Numbered from the stretch's first letter, positions 20,634 through 31,036 are shown. The stretch is 64,000 nucleotides of DNA from Dehalococcoidia bacterium (GCA_963662435.1 OY759598.1:2698507-2762506), one strand, 5' to 3'. The notes: generated from the letters alone by a model not told the origin. Program-made: numbers and translations.

Positions 20634-21719
20634 TTGGCGGAAGTGATGTTGTGGGGTCCACCGGTTGTGCCAAGCGAGCCGCTGGACCCAAGTTTTCGAG
20701 ATGACATGGACATTTGGATACGCAAATGCGTCGATGCAGGCGTATCCCGGATCATAGGCGGCGACAAGACCCTAACCCTTACGGAAGTCGCCAACAGCCA
20801 CGGAATCGACGTTCACCCCTACGTAAACTATAATTCCTTCCCCCGTCACGGCTGGGCAAGGAAGACCTACGGCTGGTCGCTCGACTTCCTGCGACCCCCC
20901 GTAGGCGCCGAAGAAGCAAGGGCGATCCTGGACAAGCATCGCCCCATCTACGACAACCCCCAGATCAGTACCTCTGCCACCGACTTCGCAACGAAGAACC
21001 CTCAGTACCGCAGCCTTACCCGGAACCGCTCCTACGTCCTGCAGCCCGGCGAAGATCTGTATCTCAGCCTGGCCTTCGATGAGGTTCGGGCGGAGCAGAT
21101 CCAGCAGTTCGTCGAGCCGCTTCTGTCCACGCAGGGCAGCGGACTGCAGGTCGAGTTCGTGCTCGGAAACGAGGACGAAAACGGCTGCGTCACCTACGGA
21201 TATGAGGATGCCATCGTCTGTGCCTTCGAGGAGAAACACGGCAAGAACCCGTTCGATCTCCCGAATGACGACACCGATTGGCTCCAGTTCCGCGCAGACT
21301 ACGTGACGCGGTTCATGGTGGAAGTTCGGGACGCGGTAAAGGCAGCCAAGCCCGACGCCGTATTCTCCGCGACGATGATCGCCGGGGAGAAGGACGACTA
21401 CCTCAAGCTGCTCCACGACTGGCCGGCTTGGGTCGAGGCAGGAGCCTTCGACGAGCTCTTCTTCTGGTTCCGCACGAACTCCGACCTCGAAGCCTTGGAG
21501 AGGCAGATTAACCACGCGGCGACTGTCATAAATGGGCGCTGTCGCGTGATCGCAGAGCTCTCCTGCTACCATCCCAACAGCTTCCAAGAGCGTGATCTCA
21601 TGACCGAGGCCGGGCGCATTGCCCTGGACAACGGCGCGGACGCCGTCGGCATATATAGGACACACGGAGTTGAGCAACTAGACTTCTGGCCCGTGCTCAA
21701 GGAGTTCAGCCGACTGTAG
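20634..21719 (+). CDS. Glycosyl hydrolase-like 10 (GHL10) TIM-barrel protein
   Basis: YGYED..F...G.NP..LP.DD..WLQFRADYVT, DWPAWVEAG; GGAGG RBS before TTG. Confidence 0.65.
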   Translation: MAEVMLWGPPVVPSEPLDPSFRDDMDIWIRKCVDAGVSRIIGGDKTLTLTEVANSHGIDVHPYVNYNSFPRHGWARKTYGWSLDFLRPPVGAEEARAILDKHRPIYDNPQISTSATDFATKNPQYRSLTRNRSYVLQPGEDLYLSLAFDEVRAEQIQQFVEPLLSTQGSGLQVEFVLGNEDENGCVTYGYEDAIVCAFEEKHGKNPFDLPNDDTDWLQFRADYVTRFMVEVRDAVKAAKPDAVFSATMIAGEKDDYLKLLHDWPAWVEAGAFDELFFWFRTNSDLEALERQINHAATVINGRCRVIAELSCYHPNSFQERDLMTEAGRIALDNGADAVGIYRTHGVEQLDFWPVLKEFSRL

Positions 21720-21903
21720 CCGATCTCGCTTAGCCAAGAAGACCGCCGCGTCCGTTTGGCCTCCGGCATCGCTGTGCCGGATACTGACCCTTCGAGGACG
21801 GCGCCGCTCTACGAGACGGGCAAGCTAGACCAATACGCACCAAAGACAAACTACATTTGACTATCGGAAATTCGGAGAAGAGAGTTCAGAAAGGAGAACT
21901 GAG

Positions 21904-24045
21904 GTGGTAAATAGTGTTTTGAATTGGAGGTCCCTAGTCATACTGGGGGTGGTTGCGGCTCTGGCGTTCGCTGTCGCCTGTGGAGGCGATGACGAACCTG
22001 CTCCTGCGCCAACACCTGTACCAGCCGCGACGCCGGACTTCGCAAAGTTGATCCAGGACGCGGTCGGCAGCGTGCCGCAGGGCGCGAGCGCGGCCGAGAT
22101 CCAGGACCTTGTATCGAACGCAGTTAACACGGCATTGGCAGCGCAGCCGGGTCTGACGCGAGCGGACGTTGAGGCAATCGTAACCTCCGCCACGGGCGAC
22201 CAGCTCTCTGCAGCGGAAGTGCAGCGAATCGTCGACCAGTCGATCAAGTCGCTGCCCGTTCCTGAGACCCTCGACCTGGCCGACATCAGCAGGCTCGTTG
22301 AGGCCGCTCTTCCCGCGCTGCCGGAATCCGTCAGCGCCGCCGAGATCAGCCAGATCGTCCAGGCGCAGGTTGAGGCCGGCCAGGTCGGTCAGCTGACCAG
22401 GGGCGACGTTGAGTCCCTGGTCGCCGCCGCCGTCGAAGGCGCTGTTGGTGACCAGCTTTCCGCTGAAGACGTAAAGGCAATCGTGGACTCGTCCCTCATG
22501 GCCACGAACGCTGCCATTGAAGATGCCGCGATGAAGGCTGACGAGGCCCGCATGACGGCCGAGCAGGCCGTCGAGGCCGCAGAGTCGGCCTACCGAGGAC
22601 CCACGTCGATCACCATAGCGGTCGGCGCGCTTCCTGCAAACCTCGTCGCCAACGTGATCCCCTCGCTCCAGAGCCGAATCACTTCGCGACTCATCTATGG
22701 ACAGCTCGCAGCGCTGAACGACGTGACCGGCGCGATCGAGCCCGAGCTGGCCGAGTCCTATGGATTCATCCCTGGCAGCACGGACACCATCGAGCTCAAG
22801 CTCAAGCAGGGCGTCACGTTCCACAACGGCGAGACCCTGGACGCCCACGGGCTGCTGAAGAGCTTCGAACTGTTGATGGCTGAGACCGCTGAGGTCGCCT
22901 GGGCCTTCCGTGGCCTCGACCGATACGTTGACCCGAACGACCGAATTGGCACGCTCAGTGAAGCCGTAACGGTGGTCGACGACTACACGCTGCACTTCAA
23001 GCTGCGGCAGATTGACGACACGTGGGCCAACGCCTTCACGTTCATGCCGCTTCCTCCGGCTCACCTCGAGGCGATTGGGCCCGCGGGCTACTCTGAGGAG
23101 CCCGTTGGAACCGGTCCCTACAAGTTCGTTGAGTGGGAGCGCGACAACTTCATCAAGCTGACGCGCTGGGAAGAGAACCCCGGCCCCAAGCCGCTCATCA
23201 AGGACATCACGATCCGACACGTGCCTGAGGCCGCTGTCCGAGTCGCGGGCCTCAAGGCCGGTGAGTTCGACATTATCACCGCCACGCCGCCCGAGAACGT
23301 TCCCGGCCTGATCGCCGACGGCTTCAATATCTTCGTTGGCGACAGCACTCAGAGCATGTACATCGGCTTCAACATCTACGGTAAGAGCGAGCCGCTAAGT
23401 GACAAGCTCGTGCGGCAGGCTCTCCTCTACGCAGTCGACATGGATGGCATCTACGAGACCGTCGCCGGCGGCTACGGTACGAGGCTTCAGTGCCAGATCG
23501 TCGCTCCTGGCGGATTCGGCTACAACGAGGAACTCGTAGGCAAGTACGACTACGATCCTGATAAGGCCAAGGAATTGCTGACCGCGGCAGGCCATGGCGA
23601 CGGCGTGACCATCAAGGGTTCCGTCACCAACGCCAGGTACTTCCGTGACAGGCCGCTCATGGACGCTCTCGTGTCCCAGTGGTCACAGGTTGGCGTCAAC
23701 GTCGATCTCCAGTATCTCGAGTCGTCCGAGTGGCTGCAGCAGCTCATCAACCAGACGCTGCCGGAAGGCATCATGAACATCGGACTGAACTGGTACCTGG
23801 CAGACAACACGACCAGCATGTGGGGCGCCGCCTCCAGCCAGGAATTCTTCGATATGAGAGCGGCTAAGGCCCAGATCACTGACACGGCAACTCGTGAGGC
23901 CGAGGTCAAGAGGATCGCCGCACACATCTGCGACGAGGCTCAAGCCCTCCACGCCTACACGATCCCGTCGGTGCTGTCGCTGAATTCGGAACTGCCGGCA
24001 ATTACGGCTACCAAGTCCTTCGAACTGCAGATACCGACGCAGTAA
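21904..24045 (+). CDS. ABC transporter substrate-binding lipoprotein (family 5) with an N-terminal helical-repeat extension
   Basis: Lipobox AVAC; PELAES, KLKQGVTFHNGE, PVGTGPYKF, VRQAL.YAVD, YDPDKAKELL. Confidence 0.92.
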   Translation: MVNSVLNWRSLVILGVVAALAFAVACGGDDEPAPAPTPVPAATPDFAKLIQDAVGSVPQGASAAEIQDLVSNAVNTALAAQPGLTRADVEAIVTSATGDQLSAAEVQRIVDQSIKSLPVPETLDLADISRLVEAALPALPESVSAAEISQIVQAQVEAGQVGQLTRGDVESLVAAAVEGAVGDQLSAEDVKAIVDSSLMATNAAIEDAAMKADEARMTAEQAVEAAESAYRGPTSITIAVGALPANLVANVIPSLQSRITSRLIYGQLAALNDVTGAIEPELAESYGFIPGSTDTIELKLKQGVTFHNGETLDAHGLLKSFELLMAETAEVAWAFRGLDRYVDPNDRIGTLSEAVTVVDDYTLHFKLRQIDDTWANAFTFMPLPPAHLEAIGPAGYSEEPVGTGPYKFVEWERDNFIKLTRWEENPGPKPLIKDITIRHVPEAAVRVAGLKAGEFDIITATPPENVPGLIADGFNIFVGDSTQSMYIGFNIYGKSEPLSDKLVRQALLYAVDMDGIYETVAGGYGTRLQCQIVAPGGFGYNEELVGKYDYDPDKAKELLTAAGHGDGVTIKGSVTNARYFRDRPLMDALVSQWSQVGVNVDLQYLESSEWLQQLINQTLPEGIMNIGLNWYLADNTTSMWGAASSQEFFDMRAAKAQITDTATREAEVKRIAAHICDEAQALHAYTIPSVLSLNSELPAITATKSFELQIPTQ

Positions 24046-24068
24046 GAGCCACACACTGAAAACGGCTC

Positions 24069-24102
24069 CGGGCGGGTGGGGCCTTGACGCCTCACCCGCC
24101 CG
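24069..24102 (+). terminator. 14-bp stem-loop after the binding-protein gene (terminator or mRNA stabiliser)
   Basis: CGGGCGGGTGGGGC-cttgac-GCCTCACCCGCCCG. Confidence 0.65.
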
Positions 24103-24248
24103 TTGTGTACAACTCCTTCACTCTCCCTCGCCTGGCTCCTTACAGATTGAGGCGCCACGGACGGAGATTGAAGGGCCGCCGATCTCGTCGCACTTGTCAC
24201 AAGTCGGCGGAGCGGCGTAATGACCGGCAGAGGAGGCAGGATTCTTAG

Positions 24249-25184
24249 ATGGGCGCCTTTATCGTTCGTCGCCTCATCCAAGCAGCGCTTGTCGTGGTCT
24301 GCGTGGTCACGCTCGTCTTCTTTCTGATTCGCGTTTCAGGCGACCCTGCAAGCCTCGGCGTAAGCCTCGAGGAAAACCGTACGCAGGAAGAGATCCAGGA
24401 AGAACATGAGCGCGTGAAGAAGCAGCTGGGTCTCGACCGCCACATTGTCATTCAATACTTTCTCTTCTGGGGAAGGGCGGTCCAGGGAGAATTCGGCTAT
24501 TCCTTCAGGTACAGCATCCCGGTCACGCAGCTAATCATCGACCGTCTGCCCAACAGCATCCGGCTGGGGCTGCTCGCCGCGGTCATCGGCGTAGCCGCGG
24601 GACTCCCCTTGGGCATCATCGCGGCGCTGAATCGAGGTTCCATCCTGGACAACCTCGCCACGGGGATATCGGTCTTTGGCATCGTGGTGCCCCAATTCTG
24701 GCTCGCCATCATGCTCATCATCATCTTTTCCGTTAATCTTGGGTGGCTCCCCACCTCTGGAACAGGCTCTTGGAAACACATCATTCTTCCTGCCCTTACG
24801 CTTTCAACGGGCCTTGTCGCCACGGTGGCGAGGATAAGCCGCTCCGGGATGCTCGAATCGCTCAGCCAGGACTACATCCGCACGGCCATGGCGAAGGGAC
24901 TGAGCCAGCGCCTGGTCGTATTCAGGCACGCGCTCCGAAACGGCAGCATCTCGGTCATCACCGTCGTCGTGTCCTCACTTCCTCACCTGCTCGGCACCGT
25001 CGTCATCGTCGAGGTGGTATTCGCATGGCCTGGCGTCGGCAGTCTGATGGCCCAGGCCGTTGCCAACAGAGACTATCCCGTCGTATTCGTCGACGTGCTG
25101 TTGTTCGGAACGATCACAGTACTCATCTTTCTCATCATGGACCTGGTGTACGCCATGGTCGATCCTAGAATTCGACACCGATAG
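24249..25184 (+). CDS. Peptide/nickel ABC permease (DppB/OppB-like)
   Basis: DYIRTAMAKGL, HALRN, FAWPGVG, DPRIR. Confidence 0.93.
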   Translation: MGAFIVRRLIQAALVVVCVVTLVFFLIRVSGDPASLGVSLEENRTQEEIQEEHERVKKQLGLDRHIVIQYFLFWGRAVQGEFGYSFRYSIPVTQLIIDRLPNSIRLGLLAAVIGVAAGLPLGIIAALNRGSILDNLATGISVFGIVVPQFWLAIMLIIIFSVNLGWLPTSGTGSWKHIILPALTLSTGLVATVARISRSGMLESLSQDYIRTAMAKGLSQRLVVFRHALRNGSISVITVVVSSLPHLLGTVVIVEVVFAWPGVGSLMAQAVANRDYPVVFVDVLLFGTITVLIFLIMDLVYAMVDPRIRHR

Positions 25185-25190
25185 AGGACT

Positions 25191-26099
25191 ATGAACGCAG
25201 CGGTTGGCATATCGGACGCCGTATCTCGAAGCCGCGCCAAGCGTAGCAAGAGCATATGGCGCCGCATCTGGATACACCGCATCGGCATCGCCGGCATCAT
25301 CATAATGTCGGCCTTTGTCATTGCCGCCGTGTTCGGGGAGTGGCTCGCTCCCAAAGACCCAGTCGCCATCGACCTCAAGAACCCATTGGCGAAGCCCATA
25401 TGGGCCGACACCGAAAACGGTGTCGGATTCCTGGGAACGGACAACCTGGGCAGGGATGTCCTCAGCCGGATGCTCGTGGGGTCCCAGCTCTCCCTGATCG
25501 TCGCCTTCTCCGCCGTGTCCATAGGGATGGTGTCAGGCGTGTTTCTCGGCCTACTCACGGGCTTCAAGGGAGGCAAAGTCGACGACGTGATCATGCGCAT
25601 CGCGGACACGCAGACTGCCATTCCCTTCCTGGTGCTCCTGATCGCCGTCATCGCCTTTCTCGGCGGTGGGCTGCTGAACATGATCGTCTTCATCGGCATC
25701 GGAAGTTGGGTGGGCTTTGCTCGCCTCATTCGTGGCGAGGTGCTCAGCATCCGCGAGAGGGACTACGTTCACGCCGCGAGGGCGCTGGGAGTAGGGGACC
25801 TGCGAATAATGCTCCGCCACATCATGCCCAACGCCATACAGCCCGCTATCGTGGGCGCCAGCCTGGCATTCGGCGGCGTCATTCTCACCGAGGCCGCCCT
25901 CAGCTTCCTGGGGCTCGGCGTCAACACCCTTGTCCCCACCTGGGGCAAGATGATCGCCGACTCACGGGACTACATAACCCTGGCCTGGCACCTGAACTTC
26001 CCGGCGGTCGCGATCATGCTGGTCGTGCTCGGGGCAAACCTGCTGGGCGACTGGCTACGTGACATTCTCGACCCGCGACTGAGGGGCCGCCGCGGTTAG
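25191..26099 (+). CDS. Peptide/nickel ABC permease (DppC/OppC-like)
   Basis: LGTDNLGRD, RDYVHAARALG, HIMPN, LGDWLRDILDPR. Confidence 0.93.
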   Translation: MNAAVGISDAVSRSRAKRSKSIWRRIWIHRIGIAGIIIMSAFVIAAVFGEWLAPKDPVAIDLKNPLAKPIWADTENGVGFLGTDNLGRDVLSRMLVGSQLSLIVAFSAVSIGMVSGVFLGLLTGFKGGKVDDVIMRIADTQTAIPFLVLLIAVIAFLGGGLLNMIVFIGIGSWVGFARLIRGEVLSIRERDYVHAARALGVGDLRIMLRHIMPNAIQPAIVGASLAFGGVILTEAALSFLGLGVNTLVPTWGKMIADSRDYITLAWHLNFPAVAIMLVVLGANLLGDWLRDILDPRLRGRRG

Positions 26100-26113
26100 T
26101 GGTCCTAGCGGTA

Positions 26114-27307
26114 TTACCTTCGGATGCCGTCCCGAATTGAGCCGATGAGGTGCTGCACCTCTTCCTCGGTGTTGAACCCCGCGACCGAGATTCGCATTCC
26201 GATCTTGTCCAACTGAAGCGGCGCGGTCAGCCACTGGGCCTTGACGAGAATGTTGCGCTCGTCGTTGAGCCACTGCACCAAGCCTTGCATGTCCTCTTCC
26301 GCGTACCCGTCGAACGTGAGGGTCGTCACTCCGGCCGACTTGCCCGGCTCCAACGGAGTGATCACATTCACGCCGGGCGTGTCGATCATCTCGTCGCGCA
26401 GCGTCTTCGATAGACCGGCCACATGATCCTGGATGGTTTCCAGTCCGACGCTCATCAGCGTCTTGACGGCCTGGCCAAGCCCTATCACGAGGGGATGGTT
26501 GTACGTTCCGAATTCCGCCCTTGAACGCGCGGTGGGAGTCGCCATGGGTGCGCCCGGCTTCGACCACGCTCCCACGTCCGGCGTGTAGTAGGGCCTGAAT
26601 ATGTCGGTCTGGTCGGGGGATACCCATACGTAGCCGCTGCCCATCGGTCCCAGCAGCCACTTCGGACCCGAGCCGATGAGAAAATCGCAGCCCAGCGCCT
26701 GAGCGTCTACCGGGATCTGCCCGACGGACTGCGCCGCGTCGACCAATACCGGGACGCCCTTCTCATGTGCCACGTCGACCGCCTCACGAACCGGCATGAT
26801 GCGCCCGTTCGGTGAGGCTATGTGGCTGATCAGCAGCAGCTTTGTCTCTTCCGTGACCGTCCCCTCAAGGGACTCGATAAACGCCGCGTCGCTCTCGTCG
26901 ACCTCGACGACCTTGACCCTGACCCCTCGCTCCTGTTCGAGCCCACGCGAGGCGTCCGCCGTGCTGACGTGCTCAAGCGACGTGGTGACGAACTCATCGC
27001 CCTCACCCCAGGTGAAGCTGCGGAGCACCCGGTGCATGGCGCGGGTCGTGTTCGAGCCGATGCCAATCTCTTCGGGACTGACATTGAGCATGCCTGCCAG
27101 GTGTCCCCTAGCGGTCTCCTCCTTCTCCATGATGTACTGCCGGGTATCGGGACGCGCCGGGCCGTGCAGGGCCTCATACTCCATCGCGTCCGTGACGGCC
27201 TTGACGGCCGAAGACAGGGTCGGGCCGTACGTGCCCGTCTGGAAATACCCGACATCCTCCGTTACCGGAAGCTGCTCACGAAGATCCTTAAGTGACAATC
27301 GGTCCAT
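26114..27307 (-). CDS. Class V PLP-dependent aminotransferase-fold enzyme
   Basis: LVDAAQSVG, SGPKWLLGPMG, RISVAGFNTEEEV; no desulfurase Cys loop seen; GGAGG RBS before ATG 27307. Confidence 0.85.
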   Translation of the reverse strand: MDRLSLKDLREQLPVTEDVGYFQTGTYGPTLSSAVKAVTDAMEYEALHGPARPDTRQYIMEKEETARGHLAGMLNVSPEEIGIGSNTTRAMHRVLRSFTWGEGDEFVTTSLEHVSTADASRGLEQERGVRVKVVEVDESDAAFIESLEGTVTEETKLLLISHIASPNGRIMPVREAVDVAHEKGVPVLVDAAQSVGQIPVDAQALGCDFLIGSGPKWLLGPMGSGYVWVSPDQTDIFRPYYTPDVGAWSKPGAPMATPTARSRAEFGTYNHPLVIGLGQAVKTLMSVGLETIQDHVAGLSKTLRDEMIDTPGVNVITPLEPGKSAGVTTLTFDGYAEEDMQGLVQWLNDERNILVKAQWLTAPLQLDKIGMRISVAGFNTEEEVQHLIGSIRDGIRR

Positions 27308-27389
27308 TCCTACGATTCCTCCGTTCGATGGTCGGAATAGTTTACCCCACAGGCCATACGACAAGCCATGAGATGATGCCATGAAGAAA

Positions 27390-27565
27390 CGCGTTCACCC
27401 TGAGCATCGTTACGCCCCACGTTTGGGACTATGCGGGGTGTCGGTAACGGGGGACGCAGGTAAAAGAAAGTACGTTCGCCCTGAGCCTGTCGAAGGGTCG
27501 AAGCGCCGTTCATGGTTCGACAAGCTCACCACGAACGGTTTCGGTGGGTTCCTTAACTCCCTTTC
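27390..27565. repeat. Family-A composite repeat
   Basis: GTTCGCCCTGAGCCTGTCGAAGGG...CATGGTTCGACAAGCTCACCACGAACGG; colinear with 55028-55222. Confidence 0.85.
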
Positions 27566-27586
27566 TGAGATACCGCACTTAGTGTC

Positions 27587-27922
27587 TCATCTGAACGATG
27601 CGGTCAGGCGCGCCGATGAGTAGATGAGCAGCGCCAGTCCGATCAAGGCAATGATCAGGCCGATACTGATAATCCACCAAGCCCCAAGCGCAATGAGAAG
27701 CACTGCCGCAAGTATGAGAGCCGACCATCTCTTTCTATGGCGGGGGCTCTCAGAGAGGACGCCCCACACGATGAGCGAGATAACACAGAGTCCCTGACCT
27801 GCAAGCATGTACCGCAATAGAGCCGACTCATCCTCAGTGAGAGGGTCCCTAGACCAGCCCACAACGAACATGTAGCACAGGAGAGCCACACCAATGGCGA
27901 AGGCTGCGAGTGGGAAGACCAT
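27587..27922 (-). CDS. Hypothetical small membrane protein
   Basis: 111 aa with about four hydrophobic segments; follows the SDR gene. Confidence 0.6.
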   Translation of the reverse strand: MVFPLAAFAIGVALLCYMFVVGWSRDPLTEDESALLRYMLAGQGLCVISLIVWGVLSESPRHRKRWSALILAAVLLIALGAWWIISIGLIIALIGLALLIYSSARLTASFR

Positions 27923-27936
27923 GGTAGTGGTCGAGG

Positions 27937-28773
27937 CTACCTCGTGCGGGCAATCTCATCCGTGGAGATGTTGCTGATTCCGGGGTCGTGGCTGCCGGGG
28001 CCCGGACCGACGATGGTCATGCCGCCGTCCACGGTGATGCACTGGCCGTTTACGTAACGGGCATCATCGGAGGACAGGAAGGCGACTGCGTGAGCGATGT
28101 CCCTAGGAACTCCCGCCACGCGCAGCGGAATCTCGGCCGCGACGTCCGGGGCGTACTCAGGCCCGGCGCGTTGGTGCTCCTGGTCGGGTGGGAGCACGCG
28201 AGAGTCGATGAGACCGGGCGCGACCGCGTTGCACGTGATGCCGTGTCCGGCGAGGTCGACCGCCATGCTCATGGCCATGCGAATAAGGCCCATCTTCGCG
28301 ATGCTGTACACGAGATTGTACGGTTTGGCCCAGAAGGCGTGGACGCTGGCGATGGAGACGAGGCGCCCGCCGCCACCCTGTGCGATCATTTCGCGCGCCG
28401 CCCGCTGGCTTGCAAGGAACGGCCCCTTGAGCGCGTTGCCGATCTCGAAGTCCCAGTCCTCCTCGGTGATGTCGAGGAAGCTGTTCTTGATGCTGCCGAC
28501 CGCGTTGTTCACGAGGATGTCGATTCTCCCGTGCTCCGCGATGAACTCGTCCATCATCCGGTTGATGTCGGCGCTCCTGCCCACGTTTGCCTCGTGCCAG
28601 CTGACGTTGGAGCCAAGCTCGCGGACCATTCGCAGGGTCTCCTCCGCGGTCTCGTCGCGAATGATGTCATTGATGCCGATGTCGGCCCCGTCCTCCGCGA
28701 GTCTAAGAGCTATCGCCCGTCCGATGCCGCGCCGAGATCCCGTGATGAGCGCCTTCTTGCCCTGTAGTTTCAT
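27937..28773 (-). CDS. Short-chain dehydrogenase/reductase
   Basis: TGSRRGIG, NNA, YSIAK, VAPG, VDGG. Confidence 0.92.
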   Translation of the reverse strand: MKLQGKKALITGSRRGIGRAIALRLAEDGADIGINDIIRDETAEETLRMVRELGSNVSWHEANVGRSADINRMMDEFIAEHGRIDILVNNAVGSIKNSFLDITEEDWDFEIGNALKGPFLASQRAAREMIAQGGGGRLVSIASVHAFWAKPYNLVYSIAKMGLIRMAMSMAVDLAGHGITCNAVAPGLIDSRVLPPDQEHQRAGPEYAPDVAAEIPLRVAGVPRDIAHAVAFLSSDDARYVNGQCITVDGGMTIVGPGPGSHDPGISNISTDEIARTR

Positions 28774-28777
28774 CTCG

Positions 28778-31036
28778 CTAACCTGCCTTCTCTTGAATGG
28801 CCTTCGATACCGTCTGCGGGTTCATCGGAAGCTCCCTCAATCGCAGCCCGACGGCGTCGTGTATGGCGTTCGCGAGCGCGGCCATCGGCGGTGAGATGTT
28901 GGCCTCGCCGACTCCGCGGACTCCGAAGGGGTGCCCGGGATTGTTGACCTCGACGAGCACCGTGTCAATCATCGGCAGGTCGAGGGAAGTCGGCATCCGG
29001 TAGTCGAGAAGGCTCGTGTTGAGCATCGCGCCGTCGTCGCTCATGAAGTACTCTTCGTTGAGCGCCCAGCCGACCCCCTGTGAGGTACCTCCCTGTATCT
29101 GCCCCTCGACGTAGCTGGGATGTATCGCGAATCCCACGTCCTGGAAGGCAGTGTATCGAAGGATATCCACCTTGCCCGTATCGGGATCGACCTCCACGTC
29201 GACGATATTGGCCGAGTACGACCCGCTCTGGCCTGCAGGGTTGAGGTTCGCACTCCCGACGACGGGGCCGCCGGAGTCAGGCAGCATCGCCGCGATCTCC
29301 CGGAACGACATGCGGAGTTCGGTGTCCGAGGTGTGCTCCACACCCCCGTCCTCGTAACGGACCTGGTCGGGCGACACGTCCCAGATCAGGGCCGCGCGCT
29401 CGGTAAGCTGGGCAATGATGTCGCGAGCGGCCTCGTGGGCCGCCCAGCCGCTCTTGAAGGCAGCCCCGCTCCCACCGGTGTTGGAGGTGAAGCCGATGGA
29501 GTCGGTGTCTCCGATGCTGGGGTTCACGTCCTCGACGGGAATGCCCAGGACCTCGGCAAGCTGCTGTGCAATGACCGTTCTTGAGCCGCCGATATCGACC
29601 GAACCTTCAATGAGGCTGATCCTGCCGTCGTCCTGCACGTTGGCGATGACGCATGCGGGCCCGGTGTTGTTCCGGCAAAAGCCCATGGCGACTCCACGAC
29701 CGTGGTTTATGCCGTCTCTCGGCATGACGTAGTGGGGATGTGAGCGAACGGCCTCCATGACCTCCGCGGCGCCGATGCGGCCGTTCATCACGCCGTCAGC
29801 CCGGCGGAGCCCTTCGCGCGCGACGTTTAGCAATCGAAACTCCATCGGGTCGATGTCCAGCATCTCTGCGACCTCGTCGATAACCGACTCCGTCGCGAAG
29901 GCCACGATTGGAGCGCCGGGCGCCCGGTATGCCCTCGTCGACGGCTTGTTGGTGACGATGTCGTACCCGTCGATGCGAACGTTCTCGATGTTGTAGGGTG
30001 CGAATATGGCCGCGCAAGCGGGAGCGACCGGTCCGCCGCCGTAGGCTCCACCCTCGAATAGGAATTTGCCAGAGGCCGCGGTAATCCGCCCCTCGTTGGT
30101 CACGCCGATCTTGACCGTCACGTGACTCCCCGCCGTCGGGCCGGACGCTTCCAGCACCTCAGCGCGTGTCATCGTCATCTTCACCGGCCTTCGAGACTTC
30201 TTGGAGAGCACCGCCGCCAGCGGTTCGAGGTACGCCGTCAGCTTGCCGCCGAATCCCCCACCGATCTCCATCGGGACGACCTTGACCTGCGAGACAGGGA
30301 CATCCAGCAGTTCCGCAACCGCGTCCCGAATGCCGAAGTGCCCCTGGGAGCTGCACCAGATGGTCAGACGTCCCTTAGGCGACCAGGACGCCGTGCCGTT
30401 CTGCGGTTCGATATAGCCCTGATGCACCGTCTTCGTACGAAACTCGCGCTCCACGATAAGGTCGGCTTCCGAGAACCCCGCTTCGAGATCGCCGCTGACG
30501 TGGCGCTCCAGCGTGGCGGCATTCGGTGAGTCAATCTCCGAGCCGGGGACCCCGTTGGACGGGTCGTCCCACCCCTCGTGAAGCACGGGCGCGCCAGGTG
30601 AAACGGCATCATCGACGTTCGTAACGGACGGGAGCGGCTCGTAGACCACCTCGATGAGATCAAGCGCCTCTTCTGCGACGTGCGGGTTGCTCGCCGCCAC
30701 CGCCGCGACGGGATGCCCCTTGTACAGCACCTTCCCCTGCGCGAGGATGGCGTCCGTCCTGTTGCCGCCGCCGCGCTGCATGGGGCCTGCGGGGGCAAGG
30801 TCGTCGCCGGTTATCACCGCGAGAACGCCGGGGAGATTCTCGGCCTGGCTCGTGTCGATCGACACCACTCGGGCGTGGGCGTGCGGACTGCGCAGCACCT
30901 TGCCGTGAAGCAGCCCGTTCAGGTCGATGTCCGCGCCGTAGAGCGCCTGCCCCGTGACCTTCTCGATGCCGTCGTGCCGCACGGGACGCGTGCCTACAAC
31001 CTTGAATCGCGTTTTATTTCTTTCCGTTGTCGTCAT
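28778..31036 (-). CDS. Xanthine dehydrogenase family molybdopterin-binding subunit
   Basis: KVTGQA.Y, LRSPHAHA, IGGGFGGK, AYRAPG, EGQIQGG, RGVGE. Confidence 0.93.
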   Translation of the reverse strand: MTTTERNKTRFKVVGTRPVRHDGIEKVTGQALYGADIDLNGLLHGKVLRSPHAHARVVSIDTSQAENLPGVLAVITGDDLAPAGPMQRGGGNRTDAILAQGKVLYKGHPVAAVAASNPHVAEEALDLIEVVYEPLPSVTNVDDAVSPGAPVLHEGWDDPSNGVPGSEIDSPNAATLERHVSGDLEAGFSEADLIVEREFRTKTVHQGYIEPQNGTASWSPKGRLTIWCSSQGHFGIRDAVAELLDVPVSQVKVVPMEIGGGFGGKLTAYLEPLAAVLSKKSRRPVKMTMTRAEVLEASGPTAGSHVTVKIGVTNEGRITAASGKFLFEGGAYGGGPVAPACAAIFAPYNIENVRIDGYDIVTNKPSTRAYRAPGAPIVAFATESVIDEVAEMLDIDPMEFRLLNVAREGLRRADGVMNGRIGAAEVMEAVRSHPHYVMPRDGINHGRGVAMGFCRNNTGPACVIANVQDDGRISLIEGSVDIGGSRTVIAQQLAEVLGIPVEDVNPSIGDTDSIGFTSNTGGSGAAFKSGWAAHEAARDIIAQLTERAALIWDVSPDQVRYEDGGVEHTSDTELRMSFREIAAMLPDSGGPVVGSANLNPAGQSGSYSANIVDVEVDPDTGKVDILRYTAFQDVGFAIHPSYVEGQIQGGTSQGVGWALNEEYFMSDDGAMLNTSLLDYRMPTSLDLPMIDTVLVEVNNPGHPFGVRGVGEANISPPMAALANAIHDAVGLRLRELPMNPQTVSKAIQEKAG

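Noticed and set aside
21740..21830. Riboswitch upstream of the ABC binding protein
   Set aside because: A hairpin (TCCGGCA...TGCCGGA) is present, but I could not match the conserved motifs of TPP, SAM, glycine, ZTP or guanidine riboswitches. An Rfam scan would be needed.
27381..27623. Short ORFs sharing KRKYVRPEPVEG (also 14326-14523 and 54742-55443)
   Set aside because: They are translations of the family-A repeat, not a protein family.
28778..31036. Aerobic CO dehydrogenase CoxL
   Set aside because: The loop is AYRAPG, not AYRCSFR (form I) or AYRGAGR (form II), and no coxM/S genes are adjacent.
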